DNA of 64,000 nt from an uncultured Coriobacteriia bacterium (GCA_927439865.1 CAKMKD010000021.1:2522-66521), one strand, 5' to 3'; counted from the stretch's first letter, positions 38,483 to 47,595 are shown. Notes: generated from the letters alone by a model not told the origin. Translations and numbers: made by a program.

Positions 38483-38635
38483 ATGACCCTGGCACAGGCG
38501 CGTAAGCGCTATCCGCTCGTTCCCCGTGAGATCCTCAAGTGGGCGATCGACAACATCTCGAATCCCCAGGATCTTGAGCGCGGGCTCTATCGCCTCGAGC
38601 AGGCCAAGCAGATTCAGGTGAAGTACGGCGTCTAG
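38483..38635 (+). CDS. Small hypothetical protein (50 aa), missed by the 60-aa ORF cutoff
   Basis: ATG is preceded by AAGGAGA with a 5-nt spacer. Translation is MTLAQARKRYPLVPREILKWAIDNISNPQDLERGLYRLEQAKQIQVKYGV. The competing minus-strand ORF 38441..38722 has no RBS and an Arg/Leu-rich composition. Confidence 0.4.
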   Translation: MTLAQARKRYPLVPREILKWAIDNISNPQDLERGLYRLEQAKQIQVKYGV

Positions 38636-38759
38636 TTGTTTGACGCCCTGTTGCACCACCCTCACCACTGCATGCGGCCGCGTAAGGCGCCCCCCTTCGG
38701 CTTCCGCGACCCCCAGCCGCATGCACTGTCAGGTGCATTCCGGTGCGTCTGACGCACGC

Positions 38760-38793
38760 GAAACGGCCCGTCTGCTTCTGGCAGACGGGCCGT
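38760..38793 (-). terminator. Rho-independent terminator downstream of tRNA-Cys
   Basis: 13-bp perfect stem ACGGCCCGTCTGC / GCAGACGGGCCGT, followed on the minus strand by TTTCG. Confidence 0.6.
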
Positions 38794-38802
38794 AGTCGTG
38801 CT

Positions 38803-38876
38803 TGGAGGCGACGCCCGGATTCGAACCGGGGATAGAGGCTTTGCAGGCCTCTGCCTTACCACTTGGCGACGTCGCC
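38803..38876 (-). tRNA. tRNA-Cys (anticodon GCA)
   Basis: Hand-folded reverse complement GGCGACG...CGTCGCC-T-CCA. Anticodon stem GAGGC/GCCTC with loop CTGCAAA. T loop GGTTCGAATCC. Confidence 0.85.
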
Positions 38877-38969
38877 CTGATGAGGGAGCACGTGCGCTCC
38901 CGACTCAAGAAAAGAAGGCCGGCCCCGAGGGGCTTGATGAGCCTCGGACCAACCTTCCGGGGTGTGCTA

Positions 38970-39045
38970 TGGAGCGGACGACCGGATTCGAACCGGCGAC
39001 CCCAACCTTGGCAAGGTTGTGCTCTACCAACTGAGCCACGTCCGC
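38970..39045 (-). tRNA. tRNA-Gly (anticodon GCC)
   Basis: Reverse complement GCGGACGTGGCTCAGTTGGTAGAGC... Anticodon stem CAACC/GGTTG with loop TTGCCAA. T loop GGTTCGAATCC. Encoded CCA. Confidence 0.9.
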
Positions 39046-39172
39046 GCGCAAGGGGTAGTCTACCAACGGTCCACCAGGGTGGCAAGGGCGAATTCTCGGA
39101 TGGCCAATATGGGTCTAGCGCGCGGGCGCGATACTGCTACAATAGTCGTCGCTGTTCGTTGGAGCAGCAGAT

Positions 39173-39247
39173 GGGCGCTTAGCTCAGGGGGAGAGCACTT
39201 CCTTGACGCGGAAGGGGTCAGAGGTTCAAATCCTCTAGCGCCCACCA
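39173..39247 (+). tRNA. tRNA-Val (anticodon GAC)
   Basis: GGGCGCTTAGCTCAGGGGGAGAGC... Anticodon stem CTTCC/GGAAG with loop TTGACGC. T loop GGTTCAAATCC. Encoded CCA. Confidence 0.9.
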
Positions 39248-39257
39248 TGAAGTACCA

Positions 39258-39286
39258 GGAGCCCCGGCAAGCGCCGGGGCTCCTTT
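39258..39286 (+). terminator. Rho-independent terminator after tRNA-Val
   Basis: GGAGCCCCGGC / GCCGGGGCTCC 11-bp stem with a 4-nt loop, then TTT. Confidence 0.7.
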
Positions 39287-39370
39287 GCGTTCGAGGGTGC
39301 GATGGTCGCTCGGGGTGTTGTGACGGTATACTTGCGGAGTCAGTCGACGACCCACGAAGGGGTTCACACC

Positions 39371-41083
39371 ATGAAGAGACTCAATCGTTGGCTTGTGAGC
39401 GTTTCGGTGGTCGTCGTGCTAGCTGTGACCGCAGCTCCTGCTGCTGGAGTCGAGTGGCCCGCCGGAGGCGTACGCGTCGCTCTTGACACACGGCGCGTGG
39501 GTGGCGCTGATCGCTACGCGACATCAGTCGCGATCGCCAGGGACGCGTTCCCAGCCTGGGCCGACGTCGCTCATGTGGTCATAGCATCGGGCGAGACACG
39601 CGCGCTTCCGGATGCTGTTGCCGCCAGTGGACTCGTTTGGGCTTACGATGCTCCTGTCCTGCTCGTGCGCGGCAACGATGTGCCTGCCTCCGTGCGGACG
39701 GCGCTCCAGGAGATACGCTCGGCAAACACGACCGTCACAGTCACTATCGTCGGCGGTACGGCCGCGGTGAGCGCCAACTGCGCCAACCAGATCAAGTCGA
39801 TCATGGGCGCGGCACAGGTGCGCAGGCCGTTTACCGGCGGCGACAGATACACGACTGCAGCCGGCGTCGCAGCGTTGATGCGTAAGGCTGCAGCAGACAC
39901 CTCTCGGACCATGCCTTCGGTCGCGCTGGTCGCGAACGGGACCAACGAGTTCGGCTTCTACGATGCACTTGCGCTGTCGGCTGTCTCAGCGAGGACCGGT
40001 GCACCGGTCCTGTTCGTGAGCAAGACGGCCGTGCCCGCTGCCACGCGTTCAATGCTCACAACACTCGCACCGGCAGAGGTTGTCGTTGCGGGCAGTACTG
40101 CCGCGGTCAGCGCAGCTGTATACAGTGGCGTTCACGGTACCGTTCGACCTGCTGGCGCGGATCGCTACGGCACGGCCGTAGCTGTCGGGCGCCTGGCGCG
40201 AACTCGCGGATGGCTGGCGGGTACAGGCGTTGGGGTTGCCGGATCCGTTATCGATGCTGTGAGCGGCTCAGGCGCATCAGGTCGCGCAGGTGAACCGGTG
40301 CTCTTCTCGGAGAAGGATCGCTTGAGTGCGACTGCTGCGCGCTACCTCGGCGAGCTCGGATCTGTCGTGTCTTCGGCGACGGTGTACGGTTCGTCGGCGA
40401 TTGTAAGCGACGCGGCAGTTGCTGAACTGAAAGGCGCGCCGGCGGTCCCCGTGCTTATCGCACCCGCAGCAGGAAACTATGTGGCCAAGTATGCCAATGT
40501 GACTGTGCGAACGGGCGTCAACACGACCCAGATCGACCTGTACGCGGGTGAGAGTCTCGTGGGTACCGCAGCGGTGAACAGCTTCGGAACAGCTGACTTC
40601 GGCAAGCGCACGATGCCGGCGTCGGGCGTCACATTCAAGGTCGTGGCGTCGAATCCTGACGGCAAGACGAACACGCGCTCTGCAACGTACAAACGACTGA
40701 CGTATCCAGCGAGCACATCGATCGTGGTCGACAAGTCGGACTTCAAACTCTACTGGATCCGCGATGATGTACTCGTGAAGGCGTATCCGATTGCAACCGG
40801 GCGACCGGGTAAGGAGACGCCGGTGGCAACGTGGAAGATTCTGGCCAAGTACCACAGCGATCCGGCAGGCGTCTACGGTCCGCGTAAGATGAGGTTGTTT
40901 CGCAAGGTGAACACGAGCACCGGCACCAAGTTCGTGTACACCGCGTACCTTATCCACGGGACCAATCAGCCATGGGTCATCGGAACCAAGGCGTCGGCCG
41001 GGTGTGTCCGCATGTACAACTCGGATGCGCTGCAGCTGTGGCCGCAGGTCCCGCTCGGCACGGTCGTTCAGACCCGGGAGTAG
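39371..41083 (+). CDS. Secreted cell-wall-binding (3x CWB2 repeat) protein with C-terminal L,D-transpeptidase (YkuD) domain
   Basis: Signal peptide MKRLNRWLVSVSVVVVLAVTAAPAAG. Three G(A/G)DRY(A/T/G)T(A/S) repeats. YkuD catalytic motif HGTNQPWVIGTKASAGCVRM. Confidence 0.8.
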   Translation: MKRLNRWLVSVSVVVVLAVTAAPAAGVEWPAGGVRVALDTRRVGGADRYATSVAIARDAFPAWADVAHVVIASGETRALPDAVAASGLVWAYDAPVLLVRGNDVPASVRTALQEIRSANTTVTVTIVGGTAAVSANCANQIKSIMGAAQVRRPFTGGDRYTTAAGVAALMRKAAADTSRTMPSVALVANGTNEFGFYDALALSAVSARTGAPVLFVSKTAVPAATRSMLTTLAPAEVVVAGSTAAVSAAVYSGVHGTVRPAGADRYGTAVAVGRLARTRGWLAGTGVGVAGSVIDAVSGSGASGRAGEPVLFSEKDRLSATAARYLGELGSVVSSATVYGSSAIVSDAAVAELKGAPAVPVLIAPAAGNYVAKYANVTVRTGVNTTQIDLYAGESLVGTAAVNSFGTADFGKRTMPASGVTFKVVASNPDGKTNTRSATYKRLTYPASTSIVVDKSDFKLYWIRDDVLVKAYPIATGRPGKETPVATWKILAKYHSDPAGVYGPRKMRLFRKVNTSTGTKFVYTAYLIHGTNQPWVIGTKASAGCVRMYNSDALQLWPQVPLGTVVQTRE

Positions 41084-41193
41084 AGCCGACGAACGTCATC
41101 GCCGACGAATTTGCTCACCGTACTCGCCATGGGAGCCAGCTTCTGGCAGAGTGAAGGTGTTCCGCACGTGCGCGCACACTCACGGGGGGCGAG

Positions 41194-41424
41194 ATGGCGG
41201 CGCTAATGGAGTGCGTTATCGAGGTACTGGAGCCGTTCGTAGGCCGAATGGTGGCGGACACATGTGTTCGCGCGACGGCGCTCTCGCTTGGCAAGAGTGG
41301 AGATGAACTCGAGAGCGATGACTTGCCTGCTCTCGAGAGCAACGTCAGGCGACTACTCGGTCCTATTGCGCCGCGCGAGACGGTTGACGCAATCATCTTG
41401 GAGATCGAGGGGGGCATCCGATGA
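41194..41424 (+). CDS. Small acidic hypothetical protein (76 aa)
   Basis: ATG after a GGGGGG run. The stop overlaps the next ATG (ATGA). I recognise no family. Confidence 0.45.
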   Translation: MAALMECVIEVLEPFVGRMVADTCVRATALSLGKSGDELESDDLPALESNVRRLLGPIAPRETVDAIILEIEGGIR

Positions 41425-42242
41425 CGGCGACCGGAACGTTCTCTAGGAGGACGTGGGCGGTGCTCGTACTGGGGCTTGCCGGTGCGCTCGCCGTTCAGAT
41501 TCTCGTGGCGACCGGCATTGGTGGTGAGCGGGCGAGCATAGCCATCAGCGATCTTGGTGGTGTGGCGGTCATTGGCATGGCCGCAGCGGTCACCATCCGC
41601 ACAGCGCTTCGATTCGGCAAGGGTGAGCCGCTGCAGAAGCAGTGGCTGGCCATTGGCGCGGGCATCACGCTGTACGTGCTGGGTGACCTGGTCTGGACGT
41701 ACATCGAAGTAGTGCAGGGCCTTGAGCCGCCCTTCCCGGGCCTGCCCGACATCTTCTACACGTCCATGTACATCTTTATGGGATACGGCATTGTGAGTGC
41801 GGCGTTGGCGTACCGGGGGCTTGTCCGAATCAAAGCCGCCATCATCGGCTCGGCAGCCATCGCCGTAGTGAGCGGTGGCGCCATCTACCTCGTTCTTCTG
41901 AGAGAAGTCCTGGCCGATCCCGAAGTCGGTCTGCTTGAGAAGGTGCTGAACGTCTATTACCCCCTCGGGGACGTGCTGCTCTTGCTCGCGCCCGCCGTGT
42001 TCATTGTGCTCGTCGTTGCACAGCTCGGCAGGGGAGCGCTTGCGGTACCCTGGCGCCTTGTGGTCGCCGGTCTCGCGATTCTTGCGGTCGCAGACTCGGT
42101 CTACCAGTGGATGGAGTGGCAAGGCACCTATCAGACCGGCTCGATCGTCGACCTGGGCTGGATGATCGGATACGTGCTACTGGCTGCTGGTGCGTCCGTC
42201 ATGCGAGACCTGATCGCCCCGGCTCGCCGTTCGGTGCGCTAG
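41421..42242 (+). CDS. Polytopic membrane protein (about 8 TM), sensor-module-like, with no output domain
   Basis: Regularly spaced hydrophobic helices. Translationally coupled to the upstream small ORF. Confidence 0.55.
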   Translation: MTATGTFSRRTWAVLVLGLAGALAVQILVATGIGGERASIAISDLGGVAVIGMAAAVTIRTALRFGKGEPLQKQWLAIGAGITLYVLGDLVWTYIEVVQGLEPPFPGLPDIFYTSMYIFMGYGIVSAALAYRGLVRIKAAIIGSAAIAVVSGGAIYLVLLREVLADPEVGLLEKVLNVYYPLGDVLLLLAPAVFIVLVVAQLGRGALAVPWRLVVAGLAILAVADSVYQWMEWQGTYQTGSIVDLGWMIGYVLLAAGASVMRDLIAPARRSVR

Positions 42243-43174
42243 GGAGACACGTCCGGGGTCAGGATGGTATCGACAGGCAACGCACCGGTCGGAAGCACCA
42301 CAAGGAGCGCACCAGGCAACACCCGCGCGCTCAGCGGTGTCTTGCGCTCGATGACCTCTCCGTCGGCCTGAACCGGAAGCGGTGGCTCCGCTATCACCTC
42401 GATCTCCCTCGCCGTATGAATCTCGAGCCCGGGCCGAGCAGAATGCTCCCCAAGTCTGTCGAGGAGCGCAGCCCACACTGCAGGTAGAAGACCGGCGACC
42501 GAGCGTGTCTTGATGACGACGACTTCAAGCATGCCATCCTGTGCGTCGCTGCCGTGTGTGAGCGAAAGGTCGAACTGTATTCGCGCGAGGTTGACAAGCA
42601 ACACCGCGATGCCCTCGGTCATGACCCGGCGACCGTCCAGTCGCATGATGAACGTGGCGACCGTCGGTTGCGGCGTCTGGATCGCTGAGAGCAGGTAGGC
42701 GCCCTCACCAAGTACCTGCTTGAGGTCCCGGGCACCATCGATGATGTTCGCGTCGAAGCCGGCACCCGCCATCACGAGAAACCCGATCCCGCCGTCGTAG
42801 TCGAGCTCTCCGATGTCGATCGCCACAGGCGTTCCGTCGAGCGTAAGCGCCGCGAGCTCGATTGGGTCACTCGGCACGCGGACGTTGAGAGCGAAGAGGT
42901 TGGCAGTCCCCGACGGGTACGGAACGAACGGAATCTGGCTGAATCTCAGCGCATACGCTACCGCGGATATCGTGCCGTCCCCTCCTGCAGCAACCACGCG
43001 ATCGTAGTCATGCATGTCCTGGAGAAGGGAGCCCAGATCGCTGCCTTCGCGCATGAATCTGAGGGTTACGTCTGCCCCACGTTCGCTGAGCTCCCGAACG
43101 TAGTCGAGGATTCCCGACTCTCCGGTTCCGGCGCGCAGATTCGCAATCATCAAGATGTTCATCTCGGCGCGCAC
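42239..43174 (-). CDS. Diacylglycerol/lipid kinase family protein (YegS/DagK type)
   Basis: GGDGTISAV nucleotide-binding motif, about 300 aa. ATG at codon 5 (MNILMIAN) is an alternative start. Confidence 0.8.
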   Translation of the reverse strand: MRAEMNILMIANLRAGTGESGILDYVRELSERGADVTLRFMREGSDLGSLLQDMHDYDRVVAAGGDGTISAVAYALRFSQIPFVPYPSGTANLFALNVRVPSDPIELAALTLDGTPVAIDIGELDYDGGIGFLVMAGAGFDANIIDGARDLKQVLGEGAYLLSAIQTPQPTVATFIMRLDGRRVMTEGIAVLLVNLARIQFDLSLTHGSDAQDGMLEVVVIKTRSVAGLLPAVWAALLDRLGEHSARPGLEIHTAREIEVIAEPPLPVQADGEVIERKTPLSARVLPGALLVVLPTGALPVDTILTPDVSP

Positions 43175-43258
43175 CCCCGCGAGTCAGACCGATGGGATAA
43201 ACTCGATACCAGGCATTCTACGGCATCGGCGCACCGGGCGTGCCGAGAGGGAGGCAGC

Positions 43259-44428
43259 GTGTACGTTCGTGATGACGAGGGTCTTCGGTCGCTGGTAGAG
43301 AGCATGCGTGGTTCCGACGTCCTCGCGGTCGACACCGAATTCATGCGCGAGCGAACGTACTACGCGAGACTCTGTCTGGTGCAGGTGGCCACTGACGATG
43401 TGGCTGCAATTATCGACCCGTTCGTGGTAAGCGATCTCGAACCGCTCTTCGAGCTCCTTCGCGATCCCTCGATCACGAAGGTCTTCCACGCGGGGTCGCA
43501 GGATCTCGAGATCCTGGTTCGCATGATGGGCGAGGCACCTGCACCGGTGTTCGACACACAGGTCGCGGCCACGCTTGCGGGGCTTCCTAGCCAGGTGGGC
43601 TATCAGGCGCTCATCAAGGCGCTTGTCGGCGTGGAGCTTGGCAAGGCGCATACGTTCACTGACTGGGCGAAACGGCCGCTCTCCGAAGATCAGATTCGGT
43701 ACGCGCTTGACGACGTCGTCTACATGCCCGAGGCGTATCGTTCACTTGTGAAGCAGCTTGCCGAGGGCGGACGTCTCGCATGGCTTGCCGAGGACTTTGC
43801 TCGCATGGCAGATCCAGCCACTTACGAGTGCGTGCTCTCCGAGCAGTACCGACGCGTGAAGCGCGCGTCATCGCTCGATCGCCGCTCCCTTGCGGTGCTC
43901 CGGGAAGTGGCTGCGTGGCGCGAGCTTGAGGCCCAGACGCGTGACGTCCCGAAGCGCTGGCTGGTCTCGGATGAGAGTCTGGTTGAGCTAGCGCGGCGTG
44001 CACCGGAGAGTCGTGACGCGCTGGCTGCAGTTCGCGGGCTTAATGAGCAGGTCGCCCGCCGGAGTGGCGATGCGATCCTCGATGCTGTTCGCATAGGCAC
44101 AGCGGTTCCGGACGATGAGCTCCCGCGTTTCGAGAAGCGCAAGCGACTGGAAGGCGAACTCGATGAACTCGCCGACGCGATGTCTGCCGTCGTTCGCGTC
44201 CGTGCCAAGGAACACGGCGTCGCACCCACGCTGTTCGCGACACGAGATGACCTTGAGCGGTTCGCAGGCGGCGAGCGTGACGCGAGTCCCCTGAGCCACG
44301 GCTGGCGCCATTCGCTCGTCGGCGCAGATCTTGAGGCGCTGCTGGACGGGCGCATCGGGCTGAGCGTCGCGGGGGGTCGCATAGTCATTGGCGAGCCCTG
44401 TACGCGTCTCGAGCCGGAGGACCAATGA
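43259..44428 (+). CDS. rnd: Ribonuclease D (DEDD 3'-5' exonuclease + HRDC)
   Basis: ExoI LAVDTEF, ExoII HAGSQDLE, ExoIII YALDDVVYM. GTG 43259 follows GAGAGGGAGG. The upstream part of the ORF-track call overlaps the divergent kinase gene. Confidence 0.85.
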   Translation: MYVRDDEGLRSLVESMRGSDVLAVDTEFMRERTYYARLCLVQVATDDVAAIIDPFVVSDLEPLFELLRDPSITKVFHAGSQDLEILVRMMGEAPAPVFDTQVAATLAGLPSQVGYQALIKALVGVELGKAHTFTDWAKRPLSEDQIRYALDDVVYMPEAYRSLVKQLAEGGRLAWLAEDFARMADPATYECVLSEQYRRVKRASSLDRRSLAVLREVAAWRELEAQTRDVPKRWLVSDESLVELARRAPESRDALAAVRGLNEQVARRSGDAILDAVRIGTAVPDDELPRFEKRKRLEGELDELADAMSAVVRVRAKEHGVAPTLFATRDDLERFAGGERDASPLSHGWRHSLVGADLEALLDGRIGLSVAGGRIVIGEPCTRLEPEDQ

Positions 44429-45768
44429 CAGAGGCGGCCACGACATCGGTTGGCGTCAGCGAGGCTCTGAGGCGCGCTAAGAGCGTTCTTGAGACGATCA
44501 CGCTGACCATCGTAGGCGAGGTTTCCGAATGCACCACGAAGCCCGGATACAAGGCCGTCTACTTCTCGCTCAGCGACGACACGTCCGTGCTGCCGTGCCT
44601 CATGTGGCGAGATAGCTATGACGCGTGTGGGTTCGAACTGCGGCCCGGAATGCTTGTCGAGGTGGCAGGTGTCTTCACGGCATACGCAGCGAAAGGCCGG
44701 TTGCAGTTTCAGGTGCGTCGCCTGACCCCGGCAGGGGAGGGTGTGCTGCGGATGCAGGTGGCTGCGCTTGCACGCAAGCTCGAGGCCGAGGGACTCATGT
44801 CCGCATCACGAAAGCGACCGCTCCCTGCATTCCCGGCGAAGATTGGCCTGGTAACGTCGCCTCGCGGCAAGGCGGTCCACGACGTGATTCGAACACTGCG
44901 TCGCCGCTACCCGGTCGCCGAGCTCGTGATCGCCGGTGTCCAGGTGGAGGGCGACGGCGCGGTGGCAGCGCTCATCGAAGGCCTTCGCCTGGCAGGCGCA
45001 CACCCCGGGGTGGAAGTCGTCATTCTTGCCAGGGGCGGGGGCTCGTACGAGGATCTCATGCCGTTCAACGCCGAGCAGGTCGCGCGTGCGGTCGCTCAGT
45101 GCCCCGTCCCGGTGGTGACCGGCATCGGACACGAGCCTGATGACTCGATCGCCGATATGGTGGCCGACGTACGCGCTTCAACCCCGACCGCTGCGGCGGA
45201 GGCAGCTGCACCGTCGGTCATCGAGATCGCTGCACGGGTGGATGCGGCTGCGCGTCTTCTCGGTAAGGCACTCTCGCACTCAGTGACGGAGCGGACGCAT
45301 CGGCTGCGGCTGATTGCGCATCGGCCGGTGTTCCGCGACGCGAACTGCCTGATGTCGGCTCGCATGCAGGCGCTCGATTCCACAGCGGAGTCGCTCGACA
45401 GGGCGTTGCCTGCCGGGATCGCGCGCGCTGAGCAGCTCGTGCTGCGCAGCGCTGAGGGGCTTGCGAGAATCGCTGAGCGGATTGCCGAGCGGCACCAGCT
45501 GGCGCTCGATGTCGCGGCGCGCAACCTGGCGCATCAGGGTCCCGCATTCATAGAGCGGGCCGATCGGCGCTGGGCGCTCTCGTCGGCACGTCTGGACGAC
45601 CTGTCGCCGCTTGCAGTCCTTGGTCGTGGCTTCGCTGTATGCTATGACCATGGTGGAGGGCGCGTGCTCCGTTCGGCGGCCGAGGTTGCCAGTGGCGACC
45701 GCGTACGGGTTCGTCTTGCCGAGGGAACGCTCGGCTGTACTGTTGAGAACACCTACCCGGAGGTCTGA
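44425..45768 (+). CDS. xseA: Exodeoxyribonuclease VII large subunit
   Basis: N-terminal OB fold (VVGEVSE...GH.YF.L.D), catalytic region IGLVTSPRGKAVHDV, and ARGGGS.EDL. Confidence 0.9.
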   Translation: MTEAATTSVGVSEALRRAKSVLETITLTIVGEVSECTTKPGYKAVYFSLSDDTSVLPCLMWRDSYDACGFELRPGMLVEVAGVFTAYAAKGRLQFQVRRLTPAGEGVLRMQVAALARKLEAEGLMSASRKRPLPAFPAKIGLVTSPRGKAVHDVIRTLRRRYPVAELVIAGVQVEGDGAVAALIEGLRLAGAHPGVEVVILARGGGSYEDLMPFNAEQVARAVAQCPVPVVTGIGHEPDDSIADMVADVRASTPTAAAEAAAPSVIEIAARVDAAARLLGKALSHSVTERTHRLRLIAHRPVFRDANCLMSARMQALDSTAESLDRALPAGIARAEQLVLRSAEGLARIAERIAERHQLALDVAARNLAHQGPAFIERADRRWALSSARLDDLSPLAVLGRGFAVCYDHGGGRVLRSAAEVASGDRVRVRLAEGTLGCTVENTYPEV

Positions 45769-45769
45769 C

Positions 45770-46003
45770 GTGGAGACGATTGAGAGTGCTGGCGCGCCCG
45801 AGGACCTCACGTTCGGGGCGGCACTGGCGGAGCTGGAAGAGATCGTGAAGGCGCTCGAGAGCGGGCAGCTTGAGCTTGAGGACAGCCTCGGCCGATACGA
45901 GCGCGGCGTTTCGCTGTTGCGTGCGTGTCGCACGAAGCTCGCGGATGCGCAGCAGCGAGTTACGATGCTGGTTGGGGAGATAGAGGAAGACGACGCCGAG
46001 TAA
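45770..46003 (+). CDS. xseB: Exodeoxyribonuclease VII small subunit
   Basis: LTFGAALAELEEIVKALESGQLELEDSLGRYERGVSLLRACRTKL is the typical XseB helix-hairpin. GTG 45770 lies 2 nt after the xseA stop. Confidence 0.9.
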   Translation: METIESAGAPEDLTFGAALAELEEIVKALESGQLELEDSLGRYERGVSLLRACRTKLADAQQRVTMLVGEIEEDDAE

Positions 46004-46037
46004 CGTCGTTCATGCCGCATAGATTGAGGAGGAGACC

Positions 46038-46394
46038 GTGTCGGAATGCATTTTCTGCATGATCGCGAACGGCGACATTCCCGCGAACGTCGTTCTTGAT
46101 GATGGCGACATCATGGCGTTCGACGACATCGCCCCGCAAGGCCCCGTGCACACCCTCATCATTCCGAAGCACCACTACTCGCACATGGGAGACGACGTGC
46201 CCGTCGCGATGATGGCATCCCTGTTCTCGGCTGTTCCCAGGATCGCCGAGATGAAGGGCGTCAGCGAGAGCGGCTACCGGGTGATCGTCAACAACGGGCG
46301 GGATGCCGCGCAGACAGTCGGGCACCTGCATGTTCACGTCATAGGCGGCAAGCCGATGGCGCACGGTATGGTCAGATTCGAAAGCGTCGGCTAG
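46038..46394 (+). CDS. HIT-family nucleotide hydrolase/transferase
   Basis: CIFC N-terminus and the histidine triad HLHVHVIGG. Confidence 0.9.
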   Translation: MSECIFCMIANGDIPANVVLDDGDIMAFDDIAPQGPVHTLIIPKHHYSHMGDDVPVAMMASLFSAVPRIAEMKGVSESGYRVIVNNGRDAAQTVGHLHVHVIGGKPMAHGMVRFESVG

Positions 46395-46403
46395 GAGGCC
46401 ACA

Positions 46404-47246
46404 ATGAGAGAAGTTGCGATAGTCACGGACAGCACGTCGGATATCACGCCTGCGCTTGCGGAAAGCCTCGGAGTTGCCGTGGTGCCGCTTTCACTTGCGT
46501 TTGGCGAAGAGGTATTCGAGGACGGTGTGCTTACACAGCAGGAGTTCTTCGACCGGATGAAGGCGGCCCCCGCGTTGCCGACCACGTCGCAGCCTTCTGT
46601 GGGCGCGTTCGCCGAGATGTACGGACGCCAGCTTGAGACCGCGAAGAACGTGGTCTCGGTGCACATCTCCTCCGCGCTGTCGGGAACGATCGAGTCGGCA
46701 ACTGAAGCTGCCCGTCAGTTCGGTGACCGGGTCCACATCTTCGATACGCGTAATCTCGCCTGGGGTGAAGCGCTCCAGGTGATCGAGGCGGCACGGGCTG
46801 CGTCTGCCGGCGCCGGAGTGTCGGGCGTGCTTGCTGCTGCGGAGCGGGCGCGGGAGCGCGTGAGGATGATCGTGGGAATCGACAAGCTCGACAACCTCGC
46901 CAGGGGTGGACGCATCGGCACCGTCTCGGCGTTTCTCGGCAGCATGCTGAACCTGAAGGTGCTCTTCACAGTGAACTCGAGTGGTTCGTTCGAGCCGGTC
47001 GCGAAGGTTCGGGGTGCGCAGACTGCCATCGACCACACCATGAGCTGGGTTGCGGAGCAGATGGGGGATCGTCGCCGGGGCACATTTGCAGTGATGCACG
47101 CACTCTCAGCCGAGAAGGCAGCGGTGCTTGCGGAACTGATCCGCGCCCGGTTCGATGTCGCCGAGCTCTTCGTGGTCGAGGCCGGACCTGTCATAGCCAC
47201 TCACACCGGAACCGGGTGGGGCGTCGCTGTGTTGCCGGCCGACTGA
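46404..47246 (+). CDS. DegV-family fatty-acid-binding protein
   Basis: VAIVTDSTSDI N-terminus, PTTSQPS motif, about 280 aa. Confidence 0.85.
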   Translation: MREVAIVTDSTSDITPALAESLGVAVVPLSLAFGEEVFEDGVLTQQEFFDRMKAAPALPTTSQPSVGAFAEMYGRQLETAKNVVSVHISSALSGTIESATEAARQFGDRVHIFDTRNLAWGEALQVIEAARAASAGAGVSGVLAAAERARERVRMIVGIDKLDNLARGGRIGTVSAFLGSMLNLKVLFTVNSSGSFEPVAKVRGAQTAIDHTMSWVAEQMGDRRRGTFAVMHALSAEKAAVLAELIRARFDVAELFVVEAGPVIATHTGTGWGVAVLPAD

Positions 47247-47253
47247 GCAGCTG

Positions 47254-47556
47254 ATGCCCGAGAGCGTTTGCGTGACGTTTGACCCGCCCGGCGTGTCGAT
47301 CGATGTCGCGCCGGGGACGACGGTTCTTGAGGCGGCGCATGCGGCAGGAGTGCAAATCCTGGCCACATGCGCCGGCCGGGGCACGTGCGGCAACTGCGCG
47401 GTTCGTCTCACAGAAGGCCTGTCCGGTCGGATTCGAACCGCTCCACGCAGTGCGCCGATGCCGAAGGGGATGTACCTCGCCTGTCTGCTTGAGGTGAGCA
47501 CCCCGGTCACAGTGCGCGCGATGAAGCTCGTTCGCCTGTCTGATTCAGGGCAATAG
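47254..47556 (+). CDS. 2Fe-2S ferredoxin (plant-type fold)
   Basis: CAGRGTCGNCAV plus a distal Cys (LACLL), about 100 aa. Confidence 0.75.
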   Translation: MPESVCVTFDPPGVSIDVAPGTTVLEAAHAAGVQILATCAGRGTCGNCAVRLTEGLSGRIRTAPRSAPMPKGMYLACLLEVSTPVTVRAMKLVRLSDSGQ

Positions 47557-47558
47557 GT

Positions 47559-47595
47559 AAGGCCCCGACCTTCGAGTCAGGGCCTTCCTTATTCC
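47559..47595 (+). terminator. Probable terminator after the ferredoxin gene
   Basis: AAGGCCCCGAC / GTCAGGGCCTT stem with one mismatch, followed by a pyrimidine/T-rich tract CCTTATTCCTT. Confidence 0.5.

Noticed and set aside
38441-38722. 93-aa minus-strand ORF between ubiX and the tRNA cluster.
   Set aside because: No RBS and an Arg/Leu-rich composition. It is antisense to a plus-strand 50-codon ORF that has a strong RBS.
39054-39064. 11-bp palindrome GGTAG-T-CTACC between tRNA-Gly and tRNA-Val.
   Set aside because: Its orientation (G-tract outside, TAC inside) is opposite to the operator family and it is short. Possibly part of the divergent tRNA promoters, but there is nothing to support a call.
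41948-41962. TACCCCCTCGGGGAC, similar to the CsoR-type operator core.
   Set aside because: It lies inside the coding region of the 8-TM protein (it encodes YYPLGD). The right arm lacks GTAT and there is no promoter context. Probably chance in a GC-rich genome.
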